Of a stretch of 64,000 bases of DNA, positions 13,309 through 25,487 are shown one piece after another. This stretch comes from Zootoca vivipara (lineage: Eukaryota), in the NCBI RefSeq assembly GCF_963506605.1, contig NC_083276.1, positions 63,488,001 to 63,552,000 of the forward strand, in the 5' to 3' direction. The notes below the pieces were generated by a model. That model did no database searches and had not been told where the DNA came from. It saw nothing but the letters and a program-made list of their open reading frames with translations. Position 1 is the first letter of the stretch, and every line of letters starts with the position of its first letter. The position numbers and the translations under genes were made by a program.

Positions 13309-13374
13309 TGCAGGGGGTTGGAGGAGATGGTCCTCAGGGTCCCTTCCCACTGTACAGTTCAATGATTCTATGAT
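13309..13374 (+). mobile_element. CR1 LINE extreme 3' end
   Basis: gggggttgga…ggtcccttcc…tgattctatgat matches the CR1 terminal (ATTCTRTG)n. Confidence 0.75.
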
Positions 13375-13631
13375 CAAGTGACTAGCCTCAAAGTAATACA
13401 TGGAGGTGGGCTACATAGTTACTGCAAAGTCGGCTCTGCCATCTCCCAGTGATGATTTGCCAAGTCAGCCAAATGGAAGTGAGGAAGCTATTAACTGATT
13501 TTGTGGTGTTTAGACTTGCGCTGGAGATACCAAGTGTGACTGAAACCACACAAGCTGCAATCCTACATACACTTACCCCATTGAACTTAGTGAGATTTAT
13601 TTGTGAATAAACATGCACTGAATTGTGTATT

Positions 13632-13773
13632 CAGGTAGGTAGCCGTGTTGGTCTGACGCAGTCAAAATAGAAATAAAATTTAATAATACCGTAATTGTCC
13701 ATTAGCACCTTATAGACCAACTAAGTTTGTTCTGGTATAAACTTTCGTGTGCATGCACACTTCTTTAGATACC
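13632..13773 (-). mobile_element. Penelope-like element terminal repeat fragment with degenerate hammerhead
   Basis: Same family as 61326-61565 (caggtaggtagccgtgttggtctg…gtgtgcatgcacac); minus strand reads CTAAAGA instead of CTGAAGA; flanking direct repeat tgaattgtgt (13619-13628, 13780-13789). Confidence 0.8.
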
Positions 13774-14680
13774 ACACATTGAATTGTGTGTTAGCTATTC
13801 AGTTTAGAATAATTCTGTATGCCAATACCAGACAAGTGGTGAAGAATCATGTGTAACTGAATATGTGCAAATAGAAATTGGTCTATTAAAGCAGAACATT
13901 CAATCTATTATTTCTTCTCTTATTCTATTGGATGCTGTCAATAGAATTTGCCTGCTTTATGTCCAGGTACGCATTCATTTATTTTAGTCATCCATACTAT
14001 TTATGGGTCATCTCTCTGTGTCCAAAGGCATGTGAGGCAACATACAGTAGCCCCAGTTGCAGCTGGCATGTGGTCCCCAGAAGGTTGACCACGTGGTTGC
14101 TTGACCTTAGACTGAAAAAGGTCCTCCACCTCTTTCAAAATTTAGTAAGGGGTTTGTGAGCTGGAAAAAGTAGAACTTATCTTTATGTGGCATAACAACA
14201 GTAAGAATAATAGATGTGCCCTTTGGTTGTTTGTTTCTTCTTGTCCTGTATTAAGTCTGTAGATCTATTGTTTTAAAATGGAACTTGAGCAAATAAGTTG
14301 ATCAGGTTATTGAATCCCAGAATCAGTTGATTCAGAGGAGTTTGTGATGCTGCCACATCACAGTGGAAACCATGGAGAGGTGCATATTTATGAAACAATT
14401 CTATATAGGTCTACATGTAAGCATCATGGTGTGTACTATTTCGATGGATCAAAAAATCCCTGCCATCAGTCTGTGGCATTACTGAGAGCATGAACGAGCC
14501 CAGGTTGGGTAACTTAATTGCCTGAAGCTTATATTAGAACCTGGGTCTGTTACCAAATTCAATTTTGTGCACTGGACCATGGCCTCTCATAAAAGTTTTT
14601 TAAAAAATAAAAAATAAAAACCCTGTATCAATTTGTTTATGTGATGTCAAACTTCAACTTGAACTGTTTTACCCAAAAGA

Positions 14681-14750
14681 TCAACCTGACAACCATGCCC
14701 ATTTTGTTAGCAAGATCAATCTGACAGCCATGCCCATTTTGTTAGCAAGA
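14681..14750. repeat. 35-bp tandem duplication
   Basis: tcaa(c/t)ctgaca(a/g)ccatgcccattttgttagcaaga x2. Confidence 0.92.
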
Positions 14751-15179
14751 ATGTGGATGCATACAAATCTTTGTGATTAGAAATTCATAAACTGTATATA
14801 ATCTCCACTTTAAAAAAAATCAAGTTACCCAGCCCTCCTGTGATGCTTACTCTGTGCACTTCAAAATATTTCAGGAATATTTTCTAACATTTTAGTAATA
14901 AAACTTGTATTCTACAAAATACCAAATGTGCCCATTCTTTATTTAATAGTTTTAAAGGAGGGTAAAAGTGAGACACACATAGTGAGAGGTACTGCGAAGA
15001 TGAGGAAATTAAACAAAGATAAAAGACATAATGGGAATGAGTTAAAGAAAAAGAGATTAGCACACATGGAAAAAAAAGGGAAATGCTTTTTTATTTTTAA
15101 AGTACATCAGGGGTATGAGAGTGTGATGTGTGACAGGAGGGGTAAAATGAGACAGTTGGGAGAAAAGAAGTAAAAATGA

Positions 15180-15330
15180 AGAGCACAAATTAGACAAGAC
15201 ATTCATTTTAAGTCCTTAACAGGCTGACTCTCATCGTTGTCATCAGACAGGAAATGTCAGAGCTGGCACATCTGTTTTTAAATGCCTTTTACTTTTACTT
15301 TTAAAAGAAGTATGTGTCGTACAATACATA
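15180..15330. promoter_or_regulatory. Candidate enhancer
   Basis: Compact motif cluster ggctgactc, tgtcatcag, acaggaaatgtcag (ETS-like), cacatctg (E-box) in unique sequence. Inference only. Confidence 0.25.
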
Positions 15331-16172
15331 AAAAGTCTATTTGTTTTAAAGAAAAGAGCATCTCAATTTTCTTCTTTTCTCCACCATTCAATTCTTTAAC
15401 AAACTTCAACTCAATTATGTTGGTAACTACACTAATTATAAGGTTTAGCACAGCCATTATATTTTTAGTTATTTTATTTAGTGCTTTAATAAAAGTTGAA
15501 TTCTTTCTTAAATACAACCAATTTTTGTACTTCTATCTACAAGGAAGATTATAGAGGAGGCAGCTACTGAATATCAGGATTTCGATATGGCAAGTGCGAC
15601 AACAAGCCAACTTAAAAACAAACAGTACGCTTTTGCAAAGTTTGGATGTTTCTTGTTTATTTTAAACCAAAATTCCACCTGGAATACATTATAAATAGTT
15701 ACATTTCTACACAATTTCTCTGTACTTTGAAATCTGGGGAGAAACTGTTTCCAACAGACTTCATCCCAAACCAACTGAATATAGCAGGGATTTTCGTCTC
15801 TTATTCTGTAACCTTTTTTTAGTTGCCTAAAACAAAACATATTTGTACACTATTCTACCAAGTGTGACCTTTCCAAAAGAGGCTATATCCCCTTTGTGAA
15901 CTCTAATGAATACAGAAGCATGACATATGACACTTCTGGCATTGCAGTGAAAACTGGGGCAGCTGAAGTCATGTTGGAAATCTTTTACAAGGTTCAGGAA
16001 TACTCTCTCTTTTGGAACCCATCGGTCCTATCTATACTTAATGAAGATCTGTACAATAATCATTTCTTGATGTTTACTGAAAACTATCTGTTTCTGGAGG
16101 GAACCAGGATCAGTATAGGCTCCCCAATGGAAGAGGGGGCATAGGAGATTGTTGCCAGTTTCCCCTTCCTCC

Positions 16173-16941
16173 TGTGGGAATGTTCCGTCCTCCAATTTAG
16201 ATGCGGTTTAGATAGGATTTTTTCTGCTTACGAATTTTTAGATAGGGTTGCTTCGACTTACAATTTTTCTCCCAATGCATTCCTATGGGATTTGACTTAC
16301 AATTTTTTTCGACTTACAAATGTGAGTTCGGAACGCATTAAATTTGTAAGTAGAGGTACCGCTGTATTGTTTATTAATATCCTTCCTAACTTGCGCTAGC
16401 AAGTTCCTTTACTTAGTAGAGTTTTACATTCCCCCTTTAAACACACACAGGGTAGGTGGTTGCAGGCTTGTTTAAGCCTCTCAATATCAGATTCCTGGTA
16501 AGACCCCTTATATCTCTCCTAAAAGAATAAACACACAACAATCTTATTTAAAGTCAATAAAAGAAGTTTACTCACAGCATTATCACAGTTGGATCCCTGA
16601 AGGCAGACTTAGTTACAAGGTATATATATACATGTGGATCTATCCCATATGGAGATAGTCCCTTGAGAACCAACAGAGCATCTCTAGCTAAAAAGTTGCT
16701 AGTCTAATGATGGAGGAAGCCAAAGAGAGGGAAAAGAAGGAAGTGTGCTATGTGCCTTGCCCTTTTGTTACCTGAGCAGGTAAGGTCACGCCCACCTCTA
16801 GTCACATGCTAAAGGAAGTATGTCCCAGTCAGGAGGAAACAGGAAGTTTTCGACTGACTGGACCAAACATTCCCCCGCATGTACACTTTAGGAAAACAAT
16901 GAATGTCGTACTTGAATGCTACTTATGTATCACATCCCACA
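16173..16941. mobile_element. Solo LTR of an LTR retrotransposon/ERV
   Basis: TG…CA ends with inverted termini tgtgggaatg … catcccaca and perfect 5-bp TSD cctcc (16168-16172, 16942-16946). Confidence 0.78.
16195..16365 (-). mobile_element. Partial Tigger-like MITE nested in the solo LTR
   Basis: Reverse-complement match to 29605-29836; retains one TIR (gtaagtagaggtaccgctgta). Confidence 0.8.
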
Positions 16942-17727
16942 CCTCCTGTAGCCTTACCACCATCTTCCATATAGTTCTGGAGAGCCTCCCATCTCTCAAG
17001 CAGCTTTTCAGGTGGCACAGCAGGCTACAGGGGAAAGGAGGAACCAGCTAAAATTGTCACCCTCGCCTCTTCTTCCAGCATAAATGGAATCCTTCTAACC
17101 CAGCTTTTTGCCACCAAAAAGAAGTTGTGTGGAATATTCATATCACCCTCCATGACACATCAATCACAGGGAACTTTATAGCATAAAACTAAAAAAAAAT
17201 AAGGCCAGTTGTAAATAATAAGAAAATAGAGAAGTTGATGGAAACAAATCAGTTCAATGTCCAAATGGCTGTTTTAAATATTGTGACAGAAAAGGGAAAG
17301 TCATCTGCAAATGAACCACCCCCAGTAGGGACCTCCAGTTTGGGTACAGATACTGAGAAGGCGCTTTCTTGAATAGAAACAGATTTTGAACAAATAGAAT
17401 ACTGCAGTCTAGGAAGATGTTACCTGATTGCTTTTATTACATAACATCGACAACTATGGACATGAGCTGCATTGGTACTGACTTCCTCTTCCCTTTGCCA
17501 ACAGCCCATTGCCAACAAAGCAGAGGAGCTTCCTACCTGTTGAGTTTTGAGGACAGGGGCACAGAATGTAGATGGAGATTTTGTTTGCTAAATTAAATTT
17601 TTTATTATAGTCTACTTTCCTTGCTCACATACAGGCTGGAGTTCTTGCTTCCAGAATTCCCTGAATCTTGGGTTGGACTAAGATGTGTTTAGGCCAGAGC
17701 ATTCTGGACTCCTAGGATGGGTTAAGG

Positions 17728-18189
17728 CAGGGGACCCCAAACTAAGGCCCGGGGGCCGGATGCAGCACAATCGCTTTCTCAATCTGGCCCGCGGACAGTC
17801 CGGGAATCAGCATGTTTTTACATGAGTAGAATGTATCCTTTTATTTAAAATGCATCTCTGGGTTATTTGTGGGGGCTGCCTGGTGTTTTTACATGAGTAG
17901 AATGTGTGCTTTCATTTAAAATGCATCTCTGGGTTATTTGTGGGGCCTGCCTGGTGTTTTTACATGAGTAGAATGTGTCCTTTTATTTAAAATGCATCTC
18001 TGGGTTATTTGTGGATCCTGCCTGGTGTTTTTACATGAGTAGAATGTGTCCTTTTATGTAAAATGCATCTCTGGGTTATTTGTGGGGCATAGAAATTCAT
18101 TCATTATTTTTTTCAAAATATAGTCCAGCCCCCCACAAGGTCTAAGGGACAGTGGACTGGCCCCTGCTGAAAAAGTTTGCTGACCCCTG
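17728..18189. mobile_element. hAT MITE containing four tandem ~71-bp units
   Basis: TIRs caggggaccccaaact … agtttgctgacccctg; unit gtttttacatgagtagaatgtgtccttttatttaaaatgcatctctgggttatttgtgggg… repeated at about 17813-18090; single-unit relative at 61660-61909. Confidence 0.9.
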
Positions 18190-18299
18190 ATTAAGGTATG
18201 GATCTGCTCATACATTAAACTACCTACCCCATCTCACAAGGAGACACATCCAAGTGAAATGGAACTGCTTTTTCATTCACAATATGTCCATAAAGAATA

Positions 18300-18870
18300 C
18301 ATGGGGATAGCTAAATTAATATCAAAAATAAGACAGCAAGGTAACGAAACATATGAGAGAGAATAGGGTAAATTTGTGAAATATATGGACAAGATTTTGG
18401 AAATATGAATAAACCAGCAGTATGAAAATAATCTCATAACTAAAACTTAAATTCTTTATTGGTCATTTAAGATGAATAACAAATTCAATGTATAAGTAAA
18501 TAAGACAAGTAGATGAAGTCATATTTGATATAAGATTGAAAGACTAAAGTATGAAAAGCAAATATAGATGATTATTAGAATGCTTGAATAAAAGTGGACC
18601 AATAATCTAAGGTATAAAGAATGTTAAACAGCGCAAGGTAAAGTATGACCTTAAAAAAACAGAAGAAGGTAGTGTGGAAGTCAAATTCTGTATTTCTATT
18701 TGTATTTGCAGTTTTATGAAAAATTTCTTTTTCTTTTTCTTTCCCCCCCTTTTTTTTCTTTTTTATATTAGATGGAAATTTATGTATATTTATGTACATA
18801 CAAAGTCAAGATAAAAATGTTGAATGTATGAGTAACGAATATGGATTTGGGAAAACTAAATAAAAATTAT
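18300..18870 (+). mobile_element. Probable L1-clade 3' end remnant
   Basis: A-rich coding-like start (atagctaaatta…ggtaaatttgtgaaatatatg), T-rich 3' UTR and aaactaaataaaaa end resembling the L1 at 5860. Confidence 0.45.
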
Positions 18871-18989
18871 TGACACAAAGAAAAGAATCCAGTCATAGAC
18901 AATTGTTTCCACCAATGAGTTCTCAGTGGGAGAGTCCTTTCCTTTCACTCACAATTAAAGGAATAAGTGCTGTTTGTTGGGTTCAGAGT

Positions 18990-19232
18990 CAGGGGCATTC
19001 AGAGGTGGGGGCAGGGGGGCGCGGGTGCCATTCCAAAGGGGAGGGGGTTTGACAAAATGCCGACCCTCAATTGGAGGCACCCCAGGACGCATGCCACGTG
19101 CCCCACATGCAGCACACTGTGTCCCTGGGATGTATACCACACCCCAGGATGTGTGCCACGCCCCCGGGGTGCACGTCACGCCCCCTGGGACGAGCACCGC
19201 TCTGGGTACCGGAGCAGGTTGCTTCACCTCTG
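18990..19232. mobile_element. Non-autonomous hAT-type element (similar to 4115-4457)
   Basis: CAG…CTG ends, GC-rich interior, degenerate 8-bp TSD ttcagagt/ctcaaagt. Confidence 0.65.
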
Positions 19233-19302
19233 CTCAAAGTGTTTTTACTTAGTGGGGATAAATTAGTTATCATATGAACAGATGAGAGTTGGATCCAACC
19301 TT

Positions 19303-19819
19303 GTTGTTCTTTAGTTGCTTAGTCATTTCCAACTCTTCGTGACCCCATGGACCAGAGCATGCCAGGCACACCTGTCTTCCCGCAGTTTGGTCAAACTCAT
19401 GTTAATAGCTTCGAGAACACTGTCCTTCAAGAACACCATCTAGTCCTCTGTCATCCCCTTCTCCTTGTGCCCTCAATCTTTCCCAACATCAGGGTCTTTT
19501 CCAGCGAGTCTTCTCTTCTCATGAGGTGGCCAAAGTATTGGAGCCTCAGCTTCAGGATCCGTCCTTCCAGTGAGCACTCAGGGCTGATTTCCTTCAGAAT
19601 GGATAGGTTTGATCTTCTTGCAGTCCATGGGACTCTCAAGAGTCTCCACCATAATTCAAAAGTATTAATTCTTCAGCAACCGGCCTTCTTTATGGTCCAG
19701 CTCTCACTTCCATACTGGGAAAACCATAGCTTTAACTATGCAGACCTTTGTTCACTATTTTACCTACTCATTTTACCCACACACATATCAGTAATGAAAC
19801 ATCCTTTCACAGGAACTAA
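19303..19819 (-). mobile_element. BovB LINE 3' fragment with extra templated 5' sequence
   Basis: Minus ORF RVPWTARRSNLSILKEISPECSLEGRILKLRLQYFGHLMRR; BovB homology ends about 19751; 12-bp TSD ggatccaacctt (19291-19302, 19820-19831). Confidence 0.92.
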
Positions 19820-20061
19820 GGATCCAACCTTAGTTGTCCACAAATGGAAGGGTTTCTTCCACCTACAGAATGGTTTTGATTAAGCAGAACTATTGCATTG
19901 GCAGAAGGATAGAGAAGGTATTTTTGCTGATTTTCCCCTCCCCACATTGTTCCAGAGCAAAACTTTCAAAGGGTGTAAAGAGCAACCGTGGAAAGGGAGA
20001 AATCAGCAAAAGTTGCCCTTTCCTTCTACAACTGGTGGGAGTGTCTCCTAAACAGAACACC

Positions 20062-20498
20062 CTTAGCTGCCAAGTATCCCATTTTTCGCGGGAAACCCCC
20101 GGATTTTAATCCGTTTCCCGCTGTTCTCCCAAATGGAGAAAAATCTCGGAAATCCCCCAGATTCCCTACCTGCCAGGGAGCCTCCATTTTGGGTGCCGCT
20201 CTTCCCATGTGTGGGCACCAGAAATCAGGCAGAGCGGCACCAGAAGCTGCTTGTACGCATGCCCGGTGGCCATCTTGGTGGTGGCCGCATGGCAGCGGCC
20301 ATCACCAAGATGGCTGCCGCCATGCGGCCACCACCAAGATGGCCATCGGGCATGCGTAGAAGCGACTTCTGGCACCGCTCTGCCCGATTTCTGGTGCCCA
20401 CACATGGGAAGAGCGGCCCTGGGAGTTGCTTCTACGCAACTTCCAGTGACGCGCCACTGCTGATCCCGCATTTTTCAGCCAGGGACTTGGCAGGTATG
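20062..20498. mobile_element. hAT-type element (catagctgccaagt TIR group) with 109-bp-arm internal palindrome
   Basis: Termini tagctgccaagt … acttggcaggtatg; arms 20195-20303 and 20309-20417 around loop accaa. Confidence 0.8.
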
Positions 20499-21250
20499 CT
20501 CTCACCAGAAGAATCAAAGTCTGGATCCAAACCATTGTTTTGTAAAGCCTGCATTGTTTTCCTTTTAATGAAAGCATGCATTCTAGTTACAACATTTAAT
20601 GGCATGCCAAAAATGATTAGTCTATATAATTATAGCCAGGGAAGTATCATAAGAGCTCCATGTATGTGCCCAGGCCTTCCTCTTTCCTCAGAAGCCATTT
20701 ATGATGTATCAGAGGCTGCTCTGGATGGCCCCAGAAATTCCAAAGTGTCTAGTGAGCTGCAATATGAAGGAAGGCCCAGGAGCTTTGAGGAGGAACGTGG
20801 AAGCTTTTCACACAATGCTTTCCCACATTTCAGCCCACACAATATGTAATGACACATTATTTTACCCACACACATATCAGTAATGAAACATCCTTTCACA
20901 GGAAGTCGTTGAAGGCCGGTCAGAGAAATGACAAAATTAGGAATGCAATTTATAGATTCAGAGGTTTGCAGAGCTGATAGATTTTTTGTAGTCAACTGGA
21001 AAATATATGTATGTATTATGTATTTATTTATTTATATAAAGCTTTAGAGACTGCCTTTCAGTACCCATGTTTCAATGTTCAATGTATGAGGGCTGCAAGT
21101 CTTAATCTATAACAGATTCATTAATAGGTGGGGGCAATTTTAATTGGTGCATATGCAAGTTGAAGACACATTTTTAAAAGCTACATTTGTTCTGGTGATT
21201 TAGAGTAATGGGGAATGAAAAACAAAATGAAGATGGCATTTCCTTCTTCC

Positions 21251-21429
21251 AATAATAATAATACTAATTTCTTTATACCCCACCCATCTGGCTGGGTTTC
21301 CCCAGCCACTCTGGGCAGCTTCCAACAAAATATTAAAATACAATGGTCTGTTAAACATTAAAAGCTTCCCTAAACAGGGCTGCCTTCAGATGTCTTCTAT
21401 AATTCTGGTAGTTGTTTTTCTCTTTGACC
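21251..21429 (-). mobile_element. L2 LINE 3' end
   Basis: ataccccacccatctggctgggtttccccagccactctgggcagcttcc…ttccctaaacagggctgcc. Confidence 0.8.
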
Positions 21430-21446
21430 GTGAGTGATAACCTTGG

Positions 21447-21551
21447 CATGGTCACAGCCAGGGGGGGAAGAGCGGCAGCTGCCCACCTAAACCAATAGAA
21501 ATCTGATGTTCTCCCCCCCCCCAAAAAAAAAAAATCCTGGCTACACCCACG
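21447..21551. mobile_element. Small hAT-type MITE
   Basis: Perfect 8-bp TSD aaccttgg (21439-21446, 21552-21559); subterminal IR agccagg/cctggct. Confidence 0.8.
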
Positions 21552-22894
21552 AACCTTGGCTCATTAAACTGTAAATTATTCCCTCTTTAAAGTTCCTTCA
21601 GTATTTCAAAGATGCAGCTATGTTGAAGTATTAGTAATAAGTACATTTATTTAAATTTAATCAAGCATACCTTAATTTAAACAAGCAGTTTAATTTATTG
21701 AATAATTTAATGCCACAATAAAATGTATTACTAAATAGACTGGTATTAGACTGGTAACTGTTTATCAGACTAAGTCATGTGACAGTTGAAATTTGTTATT
21801 TACTAGTACATGATAAAAGTTATCGTAAAAAGATGGAGGATAATGACCATAATAATAAAGGGCTAATTACTCTAGTTATGAGAGACACTAGAGGAAGACA
21901 ACTCCTGATGGAGCCAACACTTAGGAATTATGCAGAATCATATAGGCTTTGATTTTCCTCACAGATTCATAAATAAGTGCAAAATAATAAAAAGTGACAG
22001 GAAGCAGGTAACTGAGGTCTAATTTAATGTCGTTTTAAAAGATAATGTAACTTAAATTGACCAAAGGAAAATTATACAGCATACAAAACAGAAGCGTATG
22101 TATGCTGCCTAAGGTAGTTGCTTTAAAAAATGAGTGCTTGCAAAATTACGTGGCACACAGATTTAAGGGTTTTCATTCAATCTGAATTTCAGTGGTTTAT
22201 GAAGTTACTTTTATCAATCAATAGTGTTTGTTGCTTTTTTCAAAGCAGTTAGAAAACTCTATATATTTGAGTTGATTCATATGTTCCATGTACAAACATA
22301 TAATAACTACATTGTAGTATCCTGACATTGATACGGGGAAAGGTCCTAGAACCGATACAGGTGACAACCATTTTGTGTGTGTCAAACTGATGTGCGACTG
22401 CCAATGCGCAAGTCCTTTTGGACCTGGAGGAAGACAAAACGGGAGTGGGGCATAGTGGGTATACCAGGGTGTTGGTGTTTGTTTGTTTGTTGGTTGGTTT
22501 GTTTGTTGGTTTGTTTTTAAAAAACTCTGCAGAGATTCTCCGTGTTATGACTGGCCTTCCGGAGATGCAATGGAAGACAAAGAGCTTGGCTACACATTAG
22601 AGATGCTGTTGTGGGAAGCTGACCATTTAAAACTCAGAAGGCTCTTTCCCACAAACATCTCAACAGGCTGGGTTGGTTGGAGAGCCTTGAAGAACTGGGC
22701 CATTCCTCTCTCTCTCCCTGCCATCCTAGGAAGGATAAAAAGCCCTGAACAATTCAAATGATCAAACCCGAAACAAGTGTATTGTTGGGCAATGCAAAGG
22801 GGTGCATGTAAAACAGTGGCTCAGACTGCCCACTATGCACATTTTTTAATTGCATTCCACACATACTGCATTAATACAACATTATTAGAGATTA

Positions 22895-23022
22895 GGTATC
22901 TGTGTTCCCTTCAGAGGTCGTTGAACTATAACTCTCAACAGCCCCAGTCAGTACAACCAATGGTCAGGCATGTTGGGAGTTGTGGTCCAACAACATCTGG
23001 AGATTACACGGGTTCCACATAT
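22895..23022. mobile_element. Old hAT MITE (aactacaactccc…gggagttgtagtcc family)
   Basis: Internal IR gaactataactctc / gggagttgtggtcc; similar degraded copies at about 55298-55410 and 60027-60152. Confidence 0.6.
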
Positions 23023-24549
23023 CTATAATTAATAAAAAAACTACATCAAATGTAAAGAAACAAAAGAACTTATGAATTTCACTGTGAGAACATGAGCACT
23101 CATTGATTTAATTTGGTGCTTGTCAGTTACAACAAGGACAACAGCACCCTCATTTATAAATTAAAACCATTTTTCACATTGAATATCAGATTATTAGAAC
23201 TGAGAAATCCACATGATTTAAAACAGCCAAATTTTTATATTCATCTGTTTGTAAGGAATTTCCACAAATATGGAACTTGTGTAACAAATGTAAATACTTA
23301 TCCCATGGGAAACACCACTTTGATTGTTACTTTTCATGACAATGGATTCTCTTTCCCCATTGTCCACACTTCAATGGCATTTACATTAATCTGCTGGGGC
23401 TACATTGTGGGTTTTTTATGGCATTAGAAACTATACTGTACTTTTGTTTCTAAAAGCAGTTAACTCCAGAATATTTTATGTTTCTAGAAGTGATCGATTC
23501 TATGGTAAGTCTGAAAGAGTTAAAATAATAAAGTAAAATTTGTGCAAAATGTGAATGTGAGTGACTTCACATTCAGTAGAAAGTATCAGTTGTATCTGGT
23601 GCACATCCCCTTTGTTTTATCAGCAATTTCTATAGTTATTTTAAATGAAAGCATGGTAATATGAATTTAATTATGTCATAAAAACAGTTCTAACAGACAT
23701 ACTAACACACCTAAAGGAGTATGCTAATACAAAATCTGCAAAAACTAACAGGAGCAAAGCCTCATATTAATCAAACATTTGCACTTTGCAAACACTTAAG
23801 AACATTTACTACCCTCCTGCAAATCATAATAATGAAATCACATATAACTTGCAACAAAGCTCTGTATTTTTATGAATGTTTCACCATTTATGTTTTCATT
23901 TTGTACTCTCGGGAATGATCTCAATGGATTTCTTGAAATACTAAGGAATTCACTTTTTTAGGACCGCAGGCTAGGGTGTGAGAGAGAGAGGATGGTTTAG
24001 CCTTTGCTCATGTGGGGTGACAGCATCATAGGAAAATAAAGTGCTTGAAAACACATTCATAAGGTGAACAATACATGACTGGCCTATACAAAAACAGAGT
24101 ATACTGTCTTGATTCTAGGGCTAGGTTAACAAAAGGACAGATAAGGATGATTTGATTACAGTCCTGCAGGGAGCAAAGTCTTAACTTTATGTAGAATCCT
24201 AGGAATACCTACATCAGCCTGGATGATGGGGTGATGGTAACTGCAGGCTTAAACCCTAAGGCTGAACTTTGGCTTCCTAGTTTCCAAGTTTCACAGAAAT
24301 AAAAAATGAGGGTCACCCAGAGATATTTCTGAGTGCCACCTAAGAAGAGCCCCTGATCCTGAAATTAATATATAACCATCATTCTCGTGTCCATTAAGGA
24401 AACTGTGCAAACAAGCCCAAAATATCAGTTCCATTCTGGAACAGCTAGTATACTTATGAATACTGGCCAACGAAGGAAACCATGGGATTGAAACATATTC
24501 AATGTTTTCACCCTATGTGATGATTGACCAGGAAGTCACCCAGACCTTT

Positions 24550-24930
24550 CCATAAGAAGCGCCTCACTGGATCAGATCAAGGCCTATGTAGTTTTAGCAT
24601 CTAGGGGCCAACAAAATGCCTAAGGAAAGCTCAAAACGGGATATGAGGATAATGACCTTCTGACACTATTGCTGCTTTTTAGAGACATGATGCCTCATCC
24701 TAGGGTTAAATGTGATGATAATGAACGATGATTTGTACCCACTGATAGGCATATCCTCTGTGAATTTGACTAAGGTGCTTCTAAAGCTGTCTGTTGGTGG
24801 CCACTGCCACATATTGAGAAAACTAATTCCCTAGTTCTTCTGACAGTGCATAAACTATTTCCTTTTTGTCCGCCCTGAATCTCTCAGAAATCAGCTTCTC
24901 TGAATGAGTCTAGGTTCTGGTATTGTGAAT
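24550..24930 (-). mobile_element. Degraded CR1 3' region followed by (ATC)n
   Basis: cataagaag…ctggatcagatcaaggcc…; ttcctttttgtccgccctgaatct; (ATC)n at 24929-24966. Confidence 0.55.
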
Positions 24931-24965
<35 letters not shown>

Positions 24966-25357
24966 ATTTATTACTTGCCCTTCACCAGCATTCTTGGCCC
25001 AACAAAGAAGCATAGGCTTTTATTCAGAATGAAGGGGCTTAAGCAGTTAGTACTTTAGGGAATCATGCATGAAAACAAAGGATCCTACAGGAAAGGCTAT
25101 GAATATACAAAGCTGTAGAATACAGAAGTAGAAGGAACAGCTGCAAAAATAGAGAACCTGTGGGGATGAGCATTCTATACTTATCCGAAACACTATGTTT
25201 AGCTATTCTGAAAATTATCTACGGTAAGTACCTTACCAATTTGAGTGTTTGACTCTCATGTATTAGAATATGCTGATTCTTCTATTCAGGAATGTATTTA
25301 TTTATTTCCCCACAATGCCAAGGTTTTCCAGGTGCCGCCCAGAGTGGCTGGGGTATA

Positions 25358-25487
25358 NNNNNNNNNNNNNNNNNNNNNNNNNNNNNNNNNNNNNNNNNNN
25401 NNNNNNNNNNNNNNNNNNNNNNNNNNNNNNNNNNNNNNNNNNNNNNNNNNNNNNNNNNNNNNNNNNNNNNNNNNNNNNNNNNNNNNN
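25358..25487. other. N-run, 130 bp (gap or mask)
   Basis: Direct count; preceded by an L2-tail motif gccgcccagagtggctgggg and 'tata'. Confidence 0.99.

Noticed and set aside
17813-18090. Regular repeats resembling a CRISPR array (also 7948-8372)
   Set aside because: Tandem units without unique spacers, inside eukaryotic MITEs; no cas genes.
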